A DNA stretch of 64,000 bases from Zootoca vivipara (GCF_963506605.1 NC_083284.1:39866001-39930000); one strand, 5' to 3'. Shown: positions 50,251 through 62,838, counted from the stretch's first letter. Made by a program: numbers and translations. The notes: generated by a model from the letters alone, not told the origin.

Positions 50251-52607
50251 ATTTTTTATTTTTTTTAAAAAAACAAACAAACCTGGAGTGAGTCAGAGAT
50301 GTAAATGTGTCAAAGCAGCTTACAGTAAAAATAAAACCTATATTGGTGTCAGTCTTAAAATAGAATAGGTTATGTCTTCTAGTCTTCTCCTCTGAGGATG
50401 TTCACACAATCCCCGAGGAAACAGAAAGTACCTAACATGTGAAATAGTGTTAGGCATGTGACCATAGCAAATCCATATGTATGGAAGCTACTACCATTTA
50501 TTGTGCTTCTTGTCTGAATGGTGTGTCTTTGGTGGGGGAGATGGTGAAGCCCATCTGTGGGTATCTTGCATGTGTGATTTCACTACTACCATAACTTACC
50601 GTTTCCAAAAACCTGGCAATTCTCTAGTTGTGCCAAGAAAAATGGCTGCAATACTGCAGAAAGAACTTACTGCAAATTGTGCATGGTGCCCAAATAACCA
50701 CTGAAAGCTGTGGGTATGTACGTAGATACCGTATCTTCTTTCTCACCTTGCTGTTTCTCAGCTCTTGTGGGGGCAGAGGAGCTTCAGAGAGAATTCTTCC
50801 ACAATTGTATCATAAAGCTATGTATGTACATAGAAGGCAGTTTTCAATTCAATTTGTAAAACTTGCATCGAAGTGATGTGTAGAATAGAATTATTAAACA
50901 AAGTAGTGGCTTCTCTTGCCACTTCCCACTGTCTTTGCCACTCTATGATGCTGCTCAGGAGGCGTGTTTTGTGTCCTCTCCTCTTGACTATAAAGGATTC
51001 TCCTCCCTCAACCTCTTGCATCTATTCATTCTGCGCATCAGTGCAGTATTATGAATGTATTAATCACTTCCTTTTAGATCATCCATTACCTGCTTCCTTT
51101 ACTGATGGACAGAGCAGAGAATAATTTGTAGCATTCATACTTATCTTGCACATGAGATGTAATTTGGGATTACTGGGCTTCTGTGAATGTTATGTATGTG
51201 TGTGATACATTTAGAATGGTTACCGTACTTAATTAATGCACATATTGAAAGCTAGACAGTCTAGTGTGGAAGGTAACTTCAATTCAGTCCTCCCTGTTGC
51301 AACAAAACGTCCTAAGTTAGATGTCTTTTTCTTAACCACTCTTTACGATTTTCTCAATTAAGTAGCATGTTGTCAAGCACCCCTACTCTGTTTTTGAATG
51401 CATTAGTTGTAGATCAAAGAAGCCAGTCTTGGAACAATGGCAGTAATCTCATTTAAAAAGCAACATGGTTCTTCAAAACATATTTTAGAGCTGATGGTTA
51501 AGTACCAGCACCCTTCAGCAATTGGGCACAAACCCATGGAAGTTTGCAGTGACTGGGAATTGCATTTAAAAACGCCAACATTGTGTGACTTGCAAAGAAA
51601 AAGATGAGATGAGTTTCAGCCATGGAGAATAACCAGAATAAGGGAAAATATCCATTTCTGTGGATGTCTTGAATTTGTATAGCTTCTGAAGCCATTTGCC
51701 ATGCTGGCAAATCCTTGATATATTTCATTATAATTATTGCATAATCTGAAGAATCAAACTCATTTTTTAAATATCCCAGCAATCCAAAATAAACCTCTTT
51801 TCTTATAGATGATCTTTGTCCAGTATGTATTTACCTTTAATCCAACATCTTCATTCTGTCTCCCCCACTCCCAGGAAGTTTTAGTAATCTTTCAGTATTC
51901 CTGTAACAAAGAACTACATTGTTGTGCTAATGCAGAATAGTAATTGTGCTCTTTCTGCTGCAAGCTTTTTATTCTCTAAGACTTGCTTGTGATCTTATTA
52001 TCCTATGTCTGTTATGCACAGTTGAGTAAAACTCCTGCTAATATGCCTTTTTTGCTCAGCATGGTTTTAATTTCACCATATGCCTCAAACCAACTTCTTG
52101 GTCCTTGTAATCCATATTTCATCGTGTATTGAAGTTGAATTTTTAGATCTAACAAGTTACAGGATAAGGATCCTGCTTCAGGTCTGTTAACTGGTTCCTG
52201 GTTACCATCAATTTAGTAACTTGGCTCTGTGTACCTTTAGACACTGAAAAAAAGCCCACTGTTGTGCATCCCTGCACAACAACACTGCTGTGTGTTGGTG
52301 TTGTGTTTAAAAAAAAATATTATAAAAATATTTCTATACCTCTATTCATAAATATCAGACTAGGTTAGAACAATAGTGCAAAAACCCCATACAATAAAAA
52401 CCATATTAAGAAAGCTAAAATCAGGAATCCACCAACTACTGTGGAAAGATATCTTAAGTTTTCAGTATTTTATCCTAGTAGCTCATACTTGTGGAAGGAA
52501 GCACCATGTGCCACTATAGTAAAATAGTTCCCCCCCAAACTATCAAGGGGAAGAAACTGCTTTGATAAACTTACATCACCCCCCAATAAAACATTGTATG
52601 TGTATTG

Positions 52608-52692
52608 TATAGTATAGTATAGTATAGCATAGCATAGCATAGCATAGCATAGCATAGCATAGCATAGCATAGCATAGCATAGCATAGCATAG
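52608..52692. repeat. (ATAGT)n(ATAGC)n pentanucleotide microsatellite
   Basis: Read directly from sequence. Confidence 0.96.
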
Positions 52693-52761
52693 TAAACTCT
52701 GCCACTGAGATGCAACCTATCATATAGCAGACTTGATTTACAGATGGTGTTTTCATATTTG

Positions 52762-53087
52762 AAGGTAAAGGGACCCCTAACCATTAGATTCAGTCGCGAC
52801 CGACTCTGGGGTTGCGGTGCTCATCTCGCATTATTGGCCGAGGGAGCCGGCGTACAGCTTCCAGGTCATGTGGCCAGCATGATTAAGCCACTTCTGGCGA
52901 ACCAGAGCAGCACACGGAAATGCCGTTTACCTTCCCGCTGTAGCAGTACCTATTTATCTACTTGCATTTTGACATGCTTTCGAACTGCTAGGTTGGCAGC
53001 AGCTGGGACCAAGCAATTGGAGCTCACCTCATCACAGGGATTCGAACCATCTTCTGATGGCAAGCCCCACAGCACCACCCGCGTCCC
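52762..53087 (-). mobile_element. Sauria SINE with small deletions in the tRNA head
   Basis: Reverse consensus. Imperfect TSD ttttcat(a/c)ttt. Confidence 0.9.
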
Positions 53088-53182
53088 ATTTTCATCTTTA
53101 AGTTAACATAAATTGCTTTGCCCTTGCTTTAATACTTGCCTATGATAAAATTGGACACTAATAAAGAAAGTATCACCATTCA

Positions 53183-53330
53183 ATAGAATCATAGAAATGT
53201 AGAGTTTGAATGGACCACGAGGGTCATCTAGTCCAATCCCTTGCAATGCAGAAATATTTTTTGCCCAACATGGGCTTGAACTGAGAACTCTCAGATTAAG
53301 AGTCTGATGCTCCACCAACTGAGCTATTCC
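53183..53330 (-). mobile_element. tRNA-Lys(CTT)-derived SINE with CR1-type 3' tail
   Basis: Reverse complement reads tagctcagttggtggagcatcagactCTTaatctgagag...gttcaagcccatgttgggc, followed by the same ctgcattgca...ggactagatgacc...tctatgattcta tail. Confidence 0.85.
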
Positions 53331-53402
53331 GATAGCTTTCTTCAAAGGAAAGGAGAAAGCATACAAGAAAAACTCTTTAGTGATATTGTCAATCACTTAG
53401 AG

Positions 53403-53776
53403 CAGGCATAGGCAACCTCCGGCCCATGGGCTGGATCTGGCCCACGGAGGCCATTTAACTGGCCCATGAGCCACCTGCTCGGCAAGTCCCCCGCAGGCTG
53501 TGCTAAACCGGTGTGGCGCAGGGACTCGCTGAGTGGTGCTGGAAATGGCATCTGTGCACACGCAGATGCCAAAAATTGCGTCTGTGCATGCCCAGACGCC
53601 GAAAATCGCTTCTGTCCAGGTGCTATTTTCGGCTTCCGGGCATGCGCAGAAGCGATTTCCAGTGCTGCGGACATGCGCAGGCATGATTTCCGGCATTGCA
53701 CTGTGCATGTCCGACCCACAGACGATTGTCCATGGGAATGATCTGGCCCATGGCCGGAAAACCTTGCCAACCCCTG
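53403..53776. mobile_element. Non-autonomous hAT element with internal tgcgcatgcgca-like repeats
   Basis: Termini caggcataggcaacc / ccttgccaacccctg. 8-bp TSD acttagag. Confidence 0.87.
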
Positions 53777-53931
53777 ACTTAGAGACAGTCATGGCAAGCA
53801 TTTGCTATATGCTATATGCAGGGGGAAATGATCTAAAGTATGGCTTGCAAGTTTCTAAACATCTAGTAGACATGTACCTGGATGACATGACGGTCACAAC
53901 TGCATAGTTATGTGTCACACCATAATTCTTA

Positions 53932-54283
53932 AAGGCCCCTGACCATCAGGTCCAGTCGTGTCCGACTCTGGGGTTGCGGCGCTCATCTCGCTCTATAGGC
54001 CGAGGGAGCCGGCGTTTGTCCGCAGACAGCTTCCGGATCATGTGGCCAGCATGACAAAGCTGCTTCTGGCGAACCAGAGCAGCACACGGAAACGCCGTTT
54101 ACCTTCCCGCCAAAGCGGTCCCTATTTATCTACTTGCACTTTGATGTGCTTTCGAACTGCTAGGTTGGCAGGAGCTGGGACCAAGCAGCGGGAGCTCACC
54201 CCGTTGCAGGGATTCGAACCGCCGACCTTCTGATCAGCAAGCCCTAGACTCTGTGGTTTAACCCACAGAGCCACCTGGGTCCC
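53932..54283 (-). mobile_element. Sauria SINE
   Basis: Reverse consensus. 13-bp TSD accataattctta. Confidence 0.92.
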
Positions 54284-55895
54284 TACCATAATTCTTACTA
54301 TGGCACAAAAAACCTGCTGCATCAAGCATGAATGGGCCCTTATTCAGTTCACTTAGTCTCACAACAGCCATACAGATAATTACTACTCCCATTTTATGGT
54401 ACTCATTGTGTAGTTCCAAGTCTAGTACTATTGACTGCAGTGTTAGTTTTCCTTGCCTGTTTTTTTTTTTAAAGTTGTACCTCTTACGCATTTTTAAAAT
54501 GTGGTTCATTGGATGTATCTGAAACCTATCTGACCATTATATGGTGACACAAGAAAGGGAATTCTCTGTAGTAGTGGAATTCCTTCTCTGTGGAACCTAG
54601 TTTGTCCCTCTCAGTGACAACTTCCCAATATCCACTGAAAACACAACTGTTCACTTGGGCTTGCGGGTAATGATAGTGATATTGAGCCTCAAAGTTAGTC
54701 TTTTTTTATTACTGTGTTATGGAAATGGTTTTGGCTGATGGATATAGTTTAATACTCTTAATTATTTTTAGAATTGGTTGTTTTCTGTGTGTTTTGTCTA
54801 TAAACCACCCTGGGATCCCATGGGAGGAAAGGCAGTTTAATGATATGTGCCCCTTTTCTGCCATAACTGTGTCTGATATCCCATCTGCATGTTACTAAAA
54901 TGAAAATATTTAGCAGCTTTTATATGTTTCTCCACACATGTTTAGGGAGTGCAAGTAGGATGATTGGTTGCTAAAATTTCTGTTCTTAGCAACTGCATTA
55001 ATCCTGGTTTGGCTTCCTTTCTACCAATTGTGCTACATTCGTTTTCTTGTGGGTTTTCCATTCACCTTTTTCTGTTTACTGCTTTAAATGTTGTAGTTTT
55101 CCTATAATGCAGTTGTGCTGTTTACCACATCCCTGGTTAAGCCCTCTTCCTTATCTGATTCTTTTGCTTCATCATTTGAATTAGACAGGGTTTCACTGAA
55201 GCATTGGTAAAGACTGAGAATAAAGTAGTTGTTGTTTTAAAAAGAGAGAATGAATTTACACTTTAGGATGATTCAGATTTCAAAACCATAAAAGACTAAA
55301 TTTAAAAATACGTATTTGCTTCCAATGCCAACTTTACTTGCTGGATGACGGCAGTACAATTATATGGTTGTTGTCTGGTTGTTGTCTGAGCTTTGAAAGT
55401 TCCCATTAAACTGGTATGAGGCAATCTGGACATACAGGTTTGCCTATGTAAATTCTTAGCTTTGCACATATGCAGAGTTTAAGGTACACATCTTCCTCTC
55501 CACGTATGATCATTTATTTTACTGACTTTGCAGTAGCAGTGTGTGTCCATGGAATTTTTTTATTTTTTTTACCTAATGCTGCTGAATTTCATTACGTAGT
55601 TTTGCCAACAGGTGTTGGACTGTTGGGCTGCTCTCGAAATATATCAGGATTGCTTGGGGATCCTTGGTTCATCCAATATCCAGAATTTGGTCTTCAACAA
55701 TTATATTAATTTTACAAAATTGTTAATACTCTTAGTGTGTGGGTTTTAATATTAAGACCATGGCTTCTGCAATAAACTGCCTCTTACATTTAGAGTGAAA
55801 TATATACAGTATCAGGAATTTCTAACTAGTGTATCATTTTAAATGCTTAGTGGAGGCACCACAGTTACAGAACTCATTTCTGATTGATTGAAGTA

Positions 55896-56122
55896 CAGTG
55901 GTACCTCTACTTACGAATTTAATGTGTTCCGAATGCACATTTGTAAGTCGAAAAAAATTGTAAGTCGAATCCCATAGGAATGCATTGGGAGAAAAAATTC
56001 ATAAGTGGAAGCAACCCTATCTAAAAATTCATAAGTAGAAAAAATCCTATCTAAACCGCATCCAAGATGGTGGATGGAGCTCCATTCCTAAGTAGAAACA
56101 TTCGTAAGTAGAGGTACCACTG
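55896..56122. mobile_element. Tc1/mariner-type MITE
   Basis: Perfect TIRs cagtggtacctctacttacgaat / attcgtaagtagaggtaccactg. TA TSD. Confidence 0.9.
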
Positions 56123-56134
56123 TATACTGGAGTA

Positions 56135-56299
56135 CTGTATATTCCTGCGTATAAGACTACTTTTAAACCCAGGAAAATCTTCTCAAAAGTCGGGGGTCGT
56201 CTTATACGCCGGGTCATATTTCTTATACAGCGAGTATATCCCAAACTCTATATTTTAACTGGAAAAGTTGGGGGTCATCTTATAAGCTGGAATATACGG
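56135..56299. mobile_element. Tigger/pogo-like MITE
   Basis: TA-flanked ctgtatattcc / ggaatatacgg. Internal ggggtcgtcttatac motifs. Confidence 0.8.
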
Positions 56300-56339
56300 T
56301 ATATCTCTTTCCAATGCTCGCCTTCCCCAAGGGTACAAA

Positions 56340-56475
56340 TCGGGTGGCTAACCTGTGGCCCTCCAGATGTTGTGATACTCCAACTTCCACCAGCACTCAG
56401 CTAGCTTGCCCAATGGTAGGGAATGATGTGAGTTGTAGTCCAGCAACATCTGTAGCACCACAAATTAACTACCTT
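56340..56475. mobile_element. Old palindromic hAT MITE
   Basis: ggccctccagatgttg...gagttgtagtccagcaacatctg. Confidence 0.7.
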
Positions 56476-57676
56476 AGTGTACATGGTTTATGTGATTCAG
56501 TGAAGCTATCGCATAGATAGCAATGTGTACCATTCTGATGTGTCTTAAACAGTACATCTTGTGTACATTGCTCTGTGAAAGCATGGCTTTGAAAAGTGCC
56601 ATATTAATACTTTGAATGAATTACAAATTAGTCCATTATACAGAGTATCTATATCACATGTGGACAGTTTATTAGCATTTCCTTTTATTGCCATGGTGAT
56701 AGAGGGGTAAGATCATTTTCTTTTTATACTTTGTTACATTTCAATTAAATAGCCAGTTTTAATCTTTATAATGGCAACTGGCTACACAATTAGGTGGTTT
56801 TTTAAAAATCTGTTTTGTAATAGAGAACCATTTTCTAAGGCAGGAAAAATGGCATTTGGTTAAATATAAGTTTCAAGTCCTGCTATGTATGTGGGCAGTG
56901 GTTCGGAAACTCAGTGTGTGACTATGGCTGTATACAGACTTGTCCTTTAAAATCTGAATTTAAAAAATGAGAATTTTAGTTGGTAAACACCTGACTCCAG
57001 AAGGTTGACAATTCACAAGATTTCATATTAATTTCTCAGAGTTTGAAAACTGTGGCTTCCTATTCCCTTGACATATCTTTCATGGGAAGCCTTGACTTCT
57101 GCACTCAGTTCAGGATAATTCTAAACTGTTCCATACAAATGTTACTCTGAACAAGGTGAAATGACTAAATTGCTAAACAATTCCAATGCAATTAAATAAA
57201 TGTTTGGAGTATTGTTCTGTTATTATTAGTCATCAAGTTCCCATGGCAAGCTTTTGTGGAGAGTCTTGCATGCTTGAGGATAACAATGTTAGATAGTACT
57301 ATGCAATATGTAAAGCATGCCTTCCTACTGTAGCTTGGCATCCATACACGTGATATTAATGATATGAAAGAAATGTAAATGATAAGCAGTGATGATGAAG
57401 TGATGAGTCCAAGGTCTACAATTAACTTTTTGTTTTTAATGCAGTTATAACAAGGTTTTAAGTGTTGGTATGATGAGTTTGAGAAGACTACCTCAATATT
57501 TTTTTCATTAAGCTAGTGTAGATCTATTTATCATACAAGTTGCTATTAAGCTTTCAGATTACCTTTTGTGTTGCATTTAAAACAAGGAAGCTAAACAGTA
57601 TTGAATTTTCACACATTAGGTGAATGGAGATTTGTCTTAAAGTACAAATTTGTCTTAAAGTACAGACTATAGCAGC

Positions 57677-57715
<39 letters not shown>

Positions 57716-58040
57716 TTATTTCTACACCCCCCAACAGATCATTAAAAACAGAATAAAACTTCAAATTTTCAAAACTTCAAACTTCAAAACATTAAAAACT
57801 TCCCTAAACAGGATTGCCTTCAGATGTCTTCTAAAAGTCGGCTAGTTGTTTATTCCCTTGACATCTGATGGGAGGGCGTACCACAGGGCGGGCACCACTA
57901 CTGAGAAGGCCCTTTGCCTGGTTCCCTGTAACTTTGCTTCTCGCAGTGAGGGAACTGCCAGAAGGCCCTCAGAGCTGGACCTCAGTGTCCGGGCTGAACA
58001 ATGGGGGTGGAGACACTCCTTCAGGTATACTGGGCCACGG
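57677..58040 (-). mobile_element. L2 LINE 3' fragment with (AAT)n tail
   Basis: Same family as 41525-41860. Confidence 0.85.
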
Positions 58041-58125
58041 CTAAAATAAATTTTAGATTTACTCAGTTAATGGAATGAATAATACTTTTCCTTTTTCAAA
58101 GCTGCATATGTAATTAGCATCCCAT

Positions 58126-58463
58126 ATTAGCTCAGTGGTAAACCATCTGCCTTGAATGCAGGAGGTCCCTGGTGCAATCTCTGACATCTCCAGTTAGGGC
58201 TGGAAGAGCATCCCTGCCTGAAACTCTGGAGAGCGATTGCCAGTCAGTGTAGGCCAGGCATCCCCAAACTCGGCCCTCCAGATGTTTTGGGACTACAGTT
58301 CTCATCATCCCTGACCACTCGTCCTGTTGGCTAGGTATGATGGGAGTTGTACGGTAGTCCCAAAACATCTGGAGGACCGAGTTTGGGGGTGCCTGCTGTA
58401 GACAATACTGAGCTAGATGGACCAATGGTCTGATTCAGTGTAAGGTAGTTTCCTATGCTTCTA
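58126..58463 (+). mobile_element. Squam3-like tRNA-derived SINE, interrupted by a MITE
   Basis: tagctcagtggta...cctgcctgaaactctggagag...gccagtcagtgtag | acaatactgagctagatggaccaatggtctga...ttcctatg matches the Squam3 consensus as recalled. Confidence 0.82.
58255..58395. mobile_element. Palindromic hAT MITE nested in the Squam3-like SINE
   Basis: caggcatccccaaact...gtttgggggtgcctg. Imperfect TSD gtgtaggc / ctgtagac. Confidence 0.88.
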
Positions 58464-59096
58464 AAAAATAAGTAACAATGTCCTAACACTGGTTGCATAA
58501 TAAACTCTTTGAGTATCCCTGTGGATTGTCATGGCTGTCTCCTTCGTTAAGGTGCCACCTTCATTTGTAGGGTCTTGATTTCATTGCTCAATTTTACTGC
58601 CAAAGAGGCAAGGTCCTTTGGTGTGGAATGGAACTACTTCAGTAAAATCATGGACATCCCTCATGTGCATAACCTCCTCCTTTGGATCATAGTCTGTACA
58701 CTCAAAGATCAGGCTAACAAGCCTTGGGCATGAAGGTTTTAAGCAATGGTTCCTGCCTCTGTTGTTTACAAACATGCCACTGAGATGTCTCCTAGAGCCC
58801 AAGAGCCATAGGGTGGAGCTAGTAATTGGTGTGTCTGGATTGGTCATCTTATTTGCACACAGCTACAAATTGATGCTTCAACCATGCTACTCAGCATATC
58901 CAGTCTAATTTTGTTTCTCTCTGCTATTATTTTGTTGCAGGTTTCTGAGAAATGACTGATTTCCTGCATTCCCCGTCGCTGATGGTAAATTAACAGTTCT
59001 GGTGTGCAAATAATAAGTTGCCGCTGTGTGTTTGGTGCTCCATGCACATCTGAGGAAGTAAGTCTCTCTCTCTCTCATAGAGAGAGAGGCTGTAAA

Positions 59097-59570
59097 ATGC
59101 ACGTTATGAATTGTGTCTCTTTGGTCAATGACAAAGAAAATGGAGCTCTTTCAGCTGAAGCTGGATTAATGATTGGAGATACAACAGAACCAGAAGAACA
59201 ACTGTCTCCAGCACCGCCACCGCCGCCACCTCTACCATGTCCACCTGCAGAACCTGGATTTTCTTCACTAGAAGTGGTGCCACCCCCTCCACCCCCTCCA
59301 CCTCTAGCACTGAGCAGACCTCCACTGCCGCAGCTGGTAAATGGGCATGGCCACCAGAGCAAGAAAAAGAGACTACGTAGCTTCTTCTGGAAAACTATAC
59401 CTGAAGAACAAGTCCGTGGCAAAAACAATATCTGGACTATTGGTGCTAAACAGAATTATCAGATTGACACCAAGACAATGGAGGAGTTTTTTGGCCAGCA
59501 AGAAGAGACGCCACCCCGAGATTCCAAAACCAAAACTTTAAGGAGGTCCTTTAAAGATACTAAACAAGAG
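59097..59570 (+). CDS. FHDC1: FHDC1 (INF1) first coding exon: FH1 polyproline region and start of FH2 (exon begins 58941)
   Basis: MHVMNCVSLVNDKENG...PPPPPP...KKKRLRSFFWKTIPEEQVRGKNNIW...YQIDTKTMEEFFGQQE matches FHDC1. Acceptor tttgttgcag at 58940, donor GAG|gtaagt at 59571. Syntenic downstream of ARFIP1. The gene continues beyond the window. Confidence 0.96.
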
Positions 59571-60879
59571 GTAAGTGTGAGCGTACTTCCTCTTCGTTAA
59601 AGAAAACCTTATGTGTTGAATTTCTTGCCTTCATTTCCCTTGCCCACTGTTCTTGTGCTGTAGCCTTATTCCTATCAGGGAAAATGTTTATTAAATCTGT
59701 ATACCACTCTTCATCTGCAACTAGAGCCTAAATTTGTGCGTCGCTCAAAATTGATGGTTGAAGGTGTCTGTAGATCAAGATGTGTCATGCAATGATATGG
59801 GGTTAATGTATTAGCAATTTGACATTGCCTGAAGTATTTAAGGATCGTTGGGACTTTGTATATTGCTGTGCGGTTCAAATATATCTGCTCTCATGAAAAG
59901 GGCAAGCCCCTAGCTCTCATGAAAAACTTGGACAGTGTCTCAAAACTTGTGCTGTCCACAGTTCCCACTAGTTTTTTATTTGTTACTGACCAACCCAATA
60001 TTTGTCACCAGAACACACTCTCTTTACCAGGTAGAGGCCTGCCTGAAATGCATCTCCTGCTCCTCAAAGTCCCAAAAGGTCAGAGCTGGAGTGTGGCGAG
60101 GCTCCTTGTTCCTTGGTGCCTCTATCATTCGAGCTCCAAGCTTCCAGCATCGGAAGGGAGAGGCAGAGGTGGACTGTCTTGCTGTGCCTCTGAGCAAACA
60201 GGTGCTCAGAGCTGGAAGGGAGAGGCAGAAGCTGGTTCTGCCTCTATGCCTGACTAGTGTTTAGGAGCCCTCCACCTCTTCATCCCAGCTGCCAGAGCTG
60301 AAGGTGGGAGGTAGAGGCTTGTAATGGATCTATGATAGCACCCAGTAAATCAAGCGCGGCCCTACCATTGGGCATAGTGAAGTGACACCTCAGGCGGCAC
60401 ATGTTGGAGTGGTGGTATTGCAGGAAGCTTCCCTGGCTGTTTCTCCAAAGCCTTCCCCCCAGCCATTCCTGTCTGTTGGTGGGTGGAGACTCTCTCTCTC
60501 TCTTTTTGCTACTTGGCCTGTCCTGCCCCCTCTCCTGCTAAAAAACCCCGCCCTATCCTGCTGTCTCAGGTGCAGTGGTGGATATCATCTTGCCACTAGT
60601 GATGAAGTAAGATTCCAGCACCAGTCTATGGTTAGTTTCTCTATTGGGAAGGGGTGCTTTTACCCATCTTGATGAATTTAATTTTTAAAATTTGAGGCAG
60701 TTTTAAAACAGATAACTAAAGCAGGTTTGTTTTATTGCATGGCTTTGCACATAGCATTTGCATTGTTTGACACAGAATACATGAGAGTGGTGGTATTTTT
60801 TCTTAATGAATGGATGGCTCTGTAGTCCGCAGCTCACTTCTTTTCTTCTGACTTTGAGGCAGTGGAGGTGACCCTAGTT

Positions 60880-61015
60880 CAGACATCCCCAAACTCGGCC
60901 CTTCAGATGTTTTGGGACTACAACTCCCATAATCCCTAGCCAACAGGACCAGTGGTCAGGGATGATGGGAATTGTAGTCCCAAAACATCTGGAGGGCCGA
61001 GTTTGGGGATGCCCG
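60880..61015. mobile_element. 136-bp palindromic hAT MITE
   Basis: 8-bp TSD ccctagtt. Confidence 0.9.
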
Positions 61016-62478
61016 CCCTAGTTCCTGGAGCAAGGAACCTTCCTGAATCAGTATGGGCACACATGTTTCTGGTGTGCTTAAGGTCCTTGTCTTGGCTACT
61101 TGTTAGATCTGTTTGCACATAATTCATTTCTTCATTCAGGACAATTGAGGGCTAGCTTAGTGAATGCACACTATATGATCTGTACTAATGAGCTGGTGAA
61201 TATTAAAGGGATAAGACGGTTGCACCACTAACTATGTACAGTAGAAAGAAGTAAAAGCAGTCTAAAACTTGGAGGTTGGGCACTGCATGCATGAAGGGCT
61301 TCCTTCAGCAAAGAAATATTTGTGTCAGAAGTGGCTTTCTTTTCAGGAAATGCTGTATAAAAATTGTGCATTGTGCCATCACCCTCATAAAGTTAGTTGT
61401 TTGGATTGTAGCCAGAAGAGTTAGTAGAGCACATTTGCTGCCATGAATCCTAAACTGTGTTAATGTTGCAATCCTAAGCACACACATTAGTGAGTCAGCT
61501 CCTTTGAGCTCTGTGGACTTGCAGTCCTAAGCATGTTTACTGAAAGCATTGCATGACGTGATAGGAACATGTTAGCTCTTTTTGAAAAATTAAAACCCAT
61601 TTAACTTTTATCTCGTAGCAAATGCCTCTAAAATAACTTATGGGAGATTATTACAAATGCATAAGACTAAATCCATAAAACAACGCTGCATTTTTGTGGA
61701 AATATCCTTGTGTTTTATCAAATTATGTGTTTCCTTAAAAAAAAAAGATACCTTGATACACTGCTTATTTATCATTCCCGAGTGTATGTTCTATAAAGTG
61801 ATTGTTCTCTTTTTATAATACGCTAATATGTTTGGGCTGTGCCTTTTGAAGCTTTTGCCTCTTAGCATTACTTTTGTGTTGAAAATGCAATCTAGACTCA
61901 GACTTTTGGAAAGCTGCTAATGTTAGGTTTTGCTAGGATGGGTGTCTGTGTGGGGACGTCATCATGTGGTTTGGGAAAAATGTCTAAGATAGTGTGCAAG
62001 CACAATTAGAAGAAAATAATGATGCACTCTGTGGTAGAAATTTGTAGAAAAGACAAGTTCATGCATATAGAACTAAACAACAACCACCTGATAATTCTAG
62101 GAGCGCATTTAGAAAAATCTGCTTGGAAGCATCTTTCTGTCTGACTACAGATTGTTACAAGTTGGTGAAGGAGTTTGTGTACTATGACTAAACACATACA
62201 CATATTTGGTAAGATTGAAAGGGAGGGTAGGGAAGTGGGTGTATATACTTAAGTGTGTTAATCATAGCTGTGTGTACATTTGAAAAGTTACTTCAAGTTC
62301 TTGTCCACCTCCTGCAGAGAGGTTGCCACCTGTAGTTTTCTTGTTGATTTTAATAGCTGACCTCAAACCACTTTATTCCAGAGTGGTTCTATAAATGTTT
62401 AATAGCGTTGTCACACAGAAAATAGTTTGAGGTCTCAAAACAAATTATTTCTTTGCCATGGAAAACCAATATATACAT

Positions 62479-62838
62479 AAAAGGTAAAGGACCCCTGGAT
62501 GGTTAAGTCCAGTCAAAGGCGACTATGGGGTGTGGCGCACATCTGGCTTTCAGGCAAAGGGAGCCAGCGTTTGTCCACAGACAGCTTTCCGGGTCATGTG
62601 GCCATCATGACTTAACCGCTTCTGGTGCAATGGAACACCATGACAAAAGCCAGACCACACAGAAATGCAATTTACCTTTCCGCCACAGCAGTACCTATTT
62701 ATATGCTTGCACTGGGGTGCTTTCAAACTGCTAGTTTGACAGAAGCTCGGACAGAGTAACAGGTGCTCACCTAGTCACGCGGATTTGAACTGCCGACCTT
62801 CCAATCGGCAAGCCCAAGAGGCTCAGTGGTTTAGACCA
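62479..62838 (-). mobile_element. Older Sauria SINE, 5'-truncated
   Basis: aaaggtaaaggacccctg...ggcaagcccaagaggctcagtggtttagacc, more diverged than the other copies. Confidence 0.87.

Noticed and set aside
57385-57420. Box C/D snoRNA (TGATGA motifs)
   Set aside because: No suitably placed D box with a terminal stem was found.
59058-59080. 23-nt GT-AG mini-intron
   Set aside because: Far below the vertebrate minimum intron length. The two sites are treated as alternatives instead.
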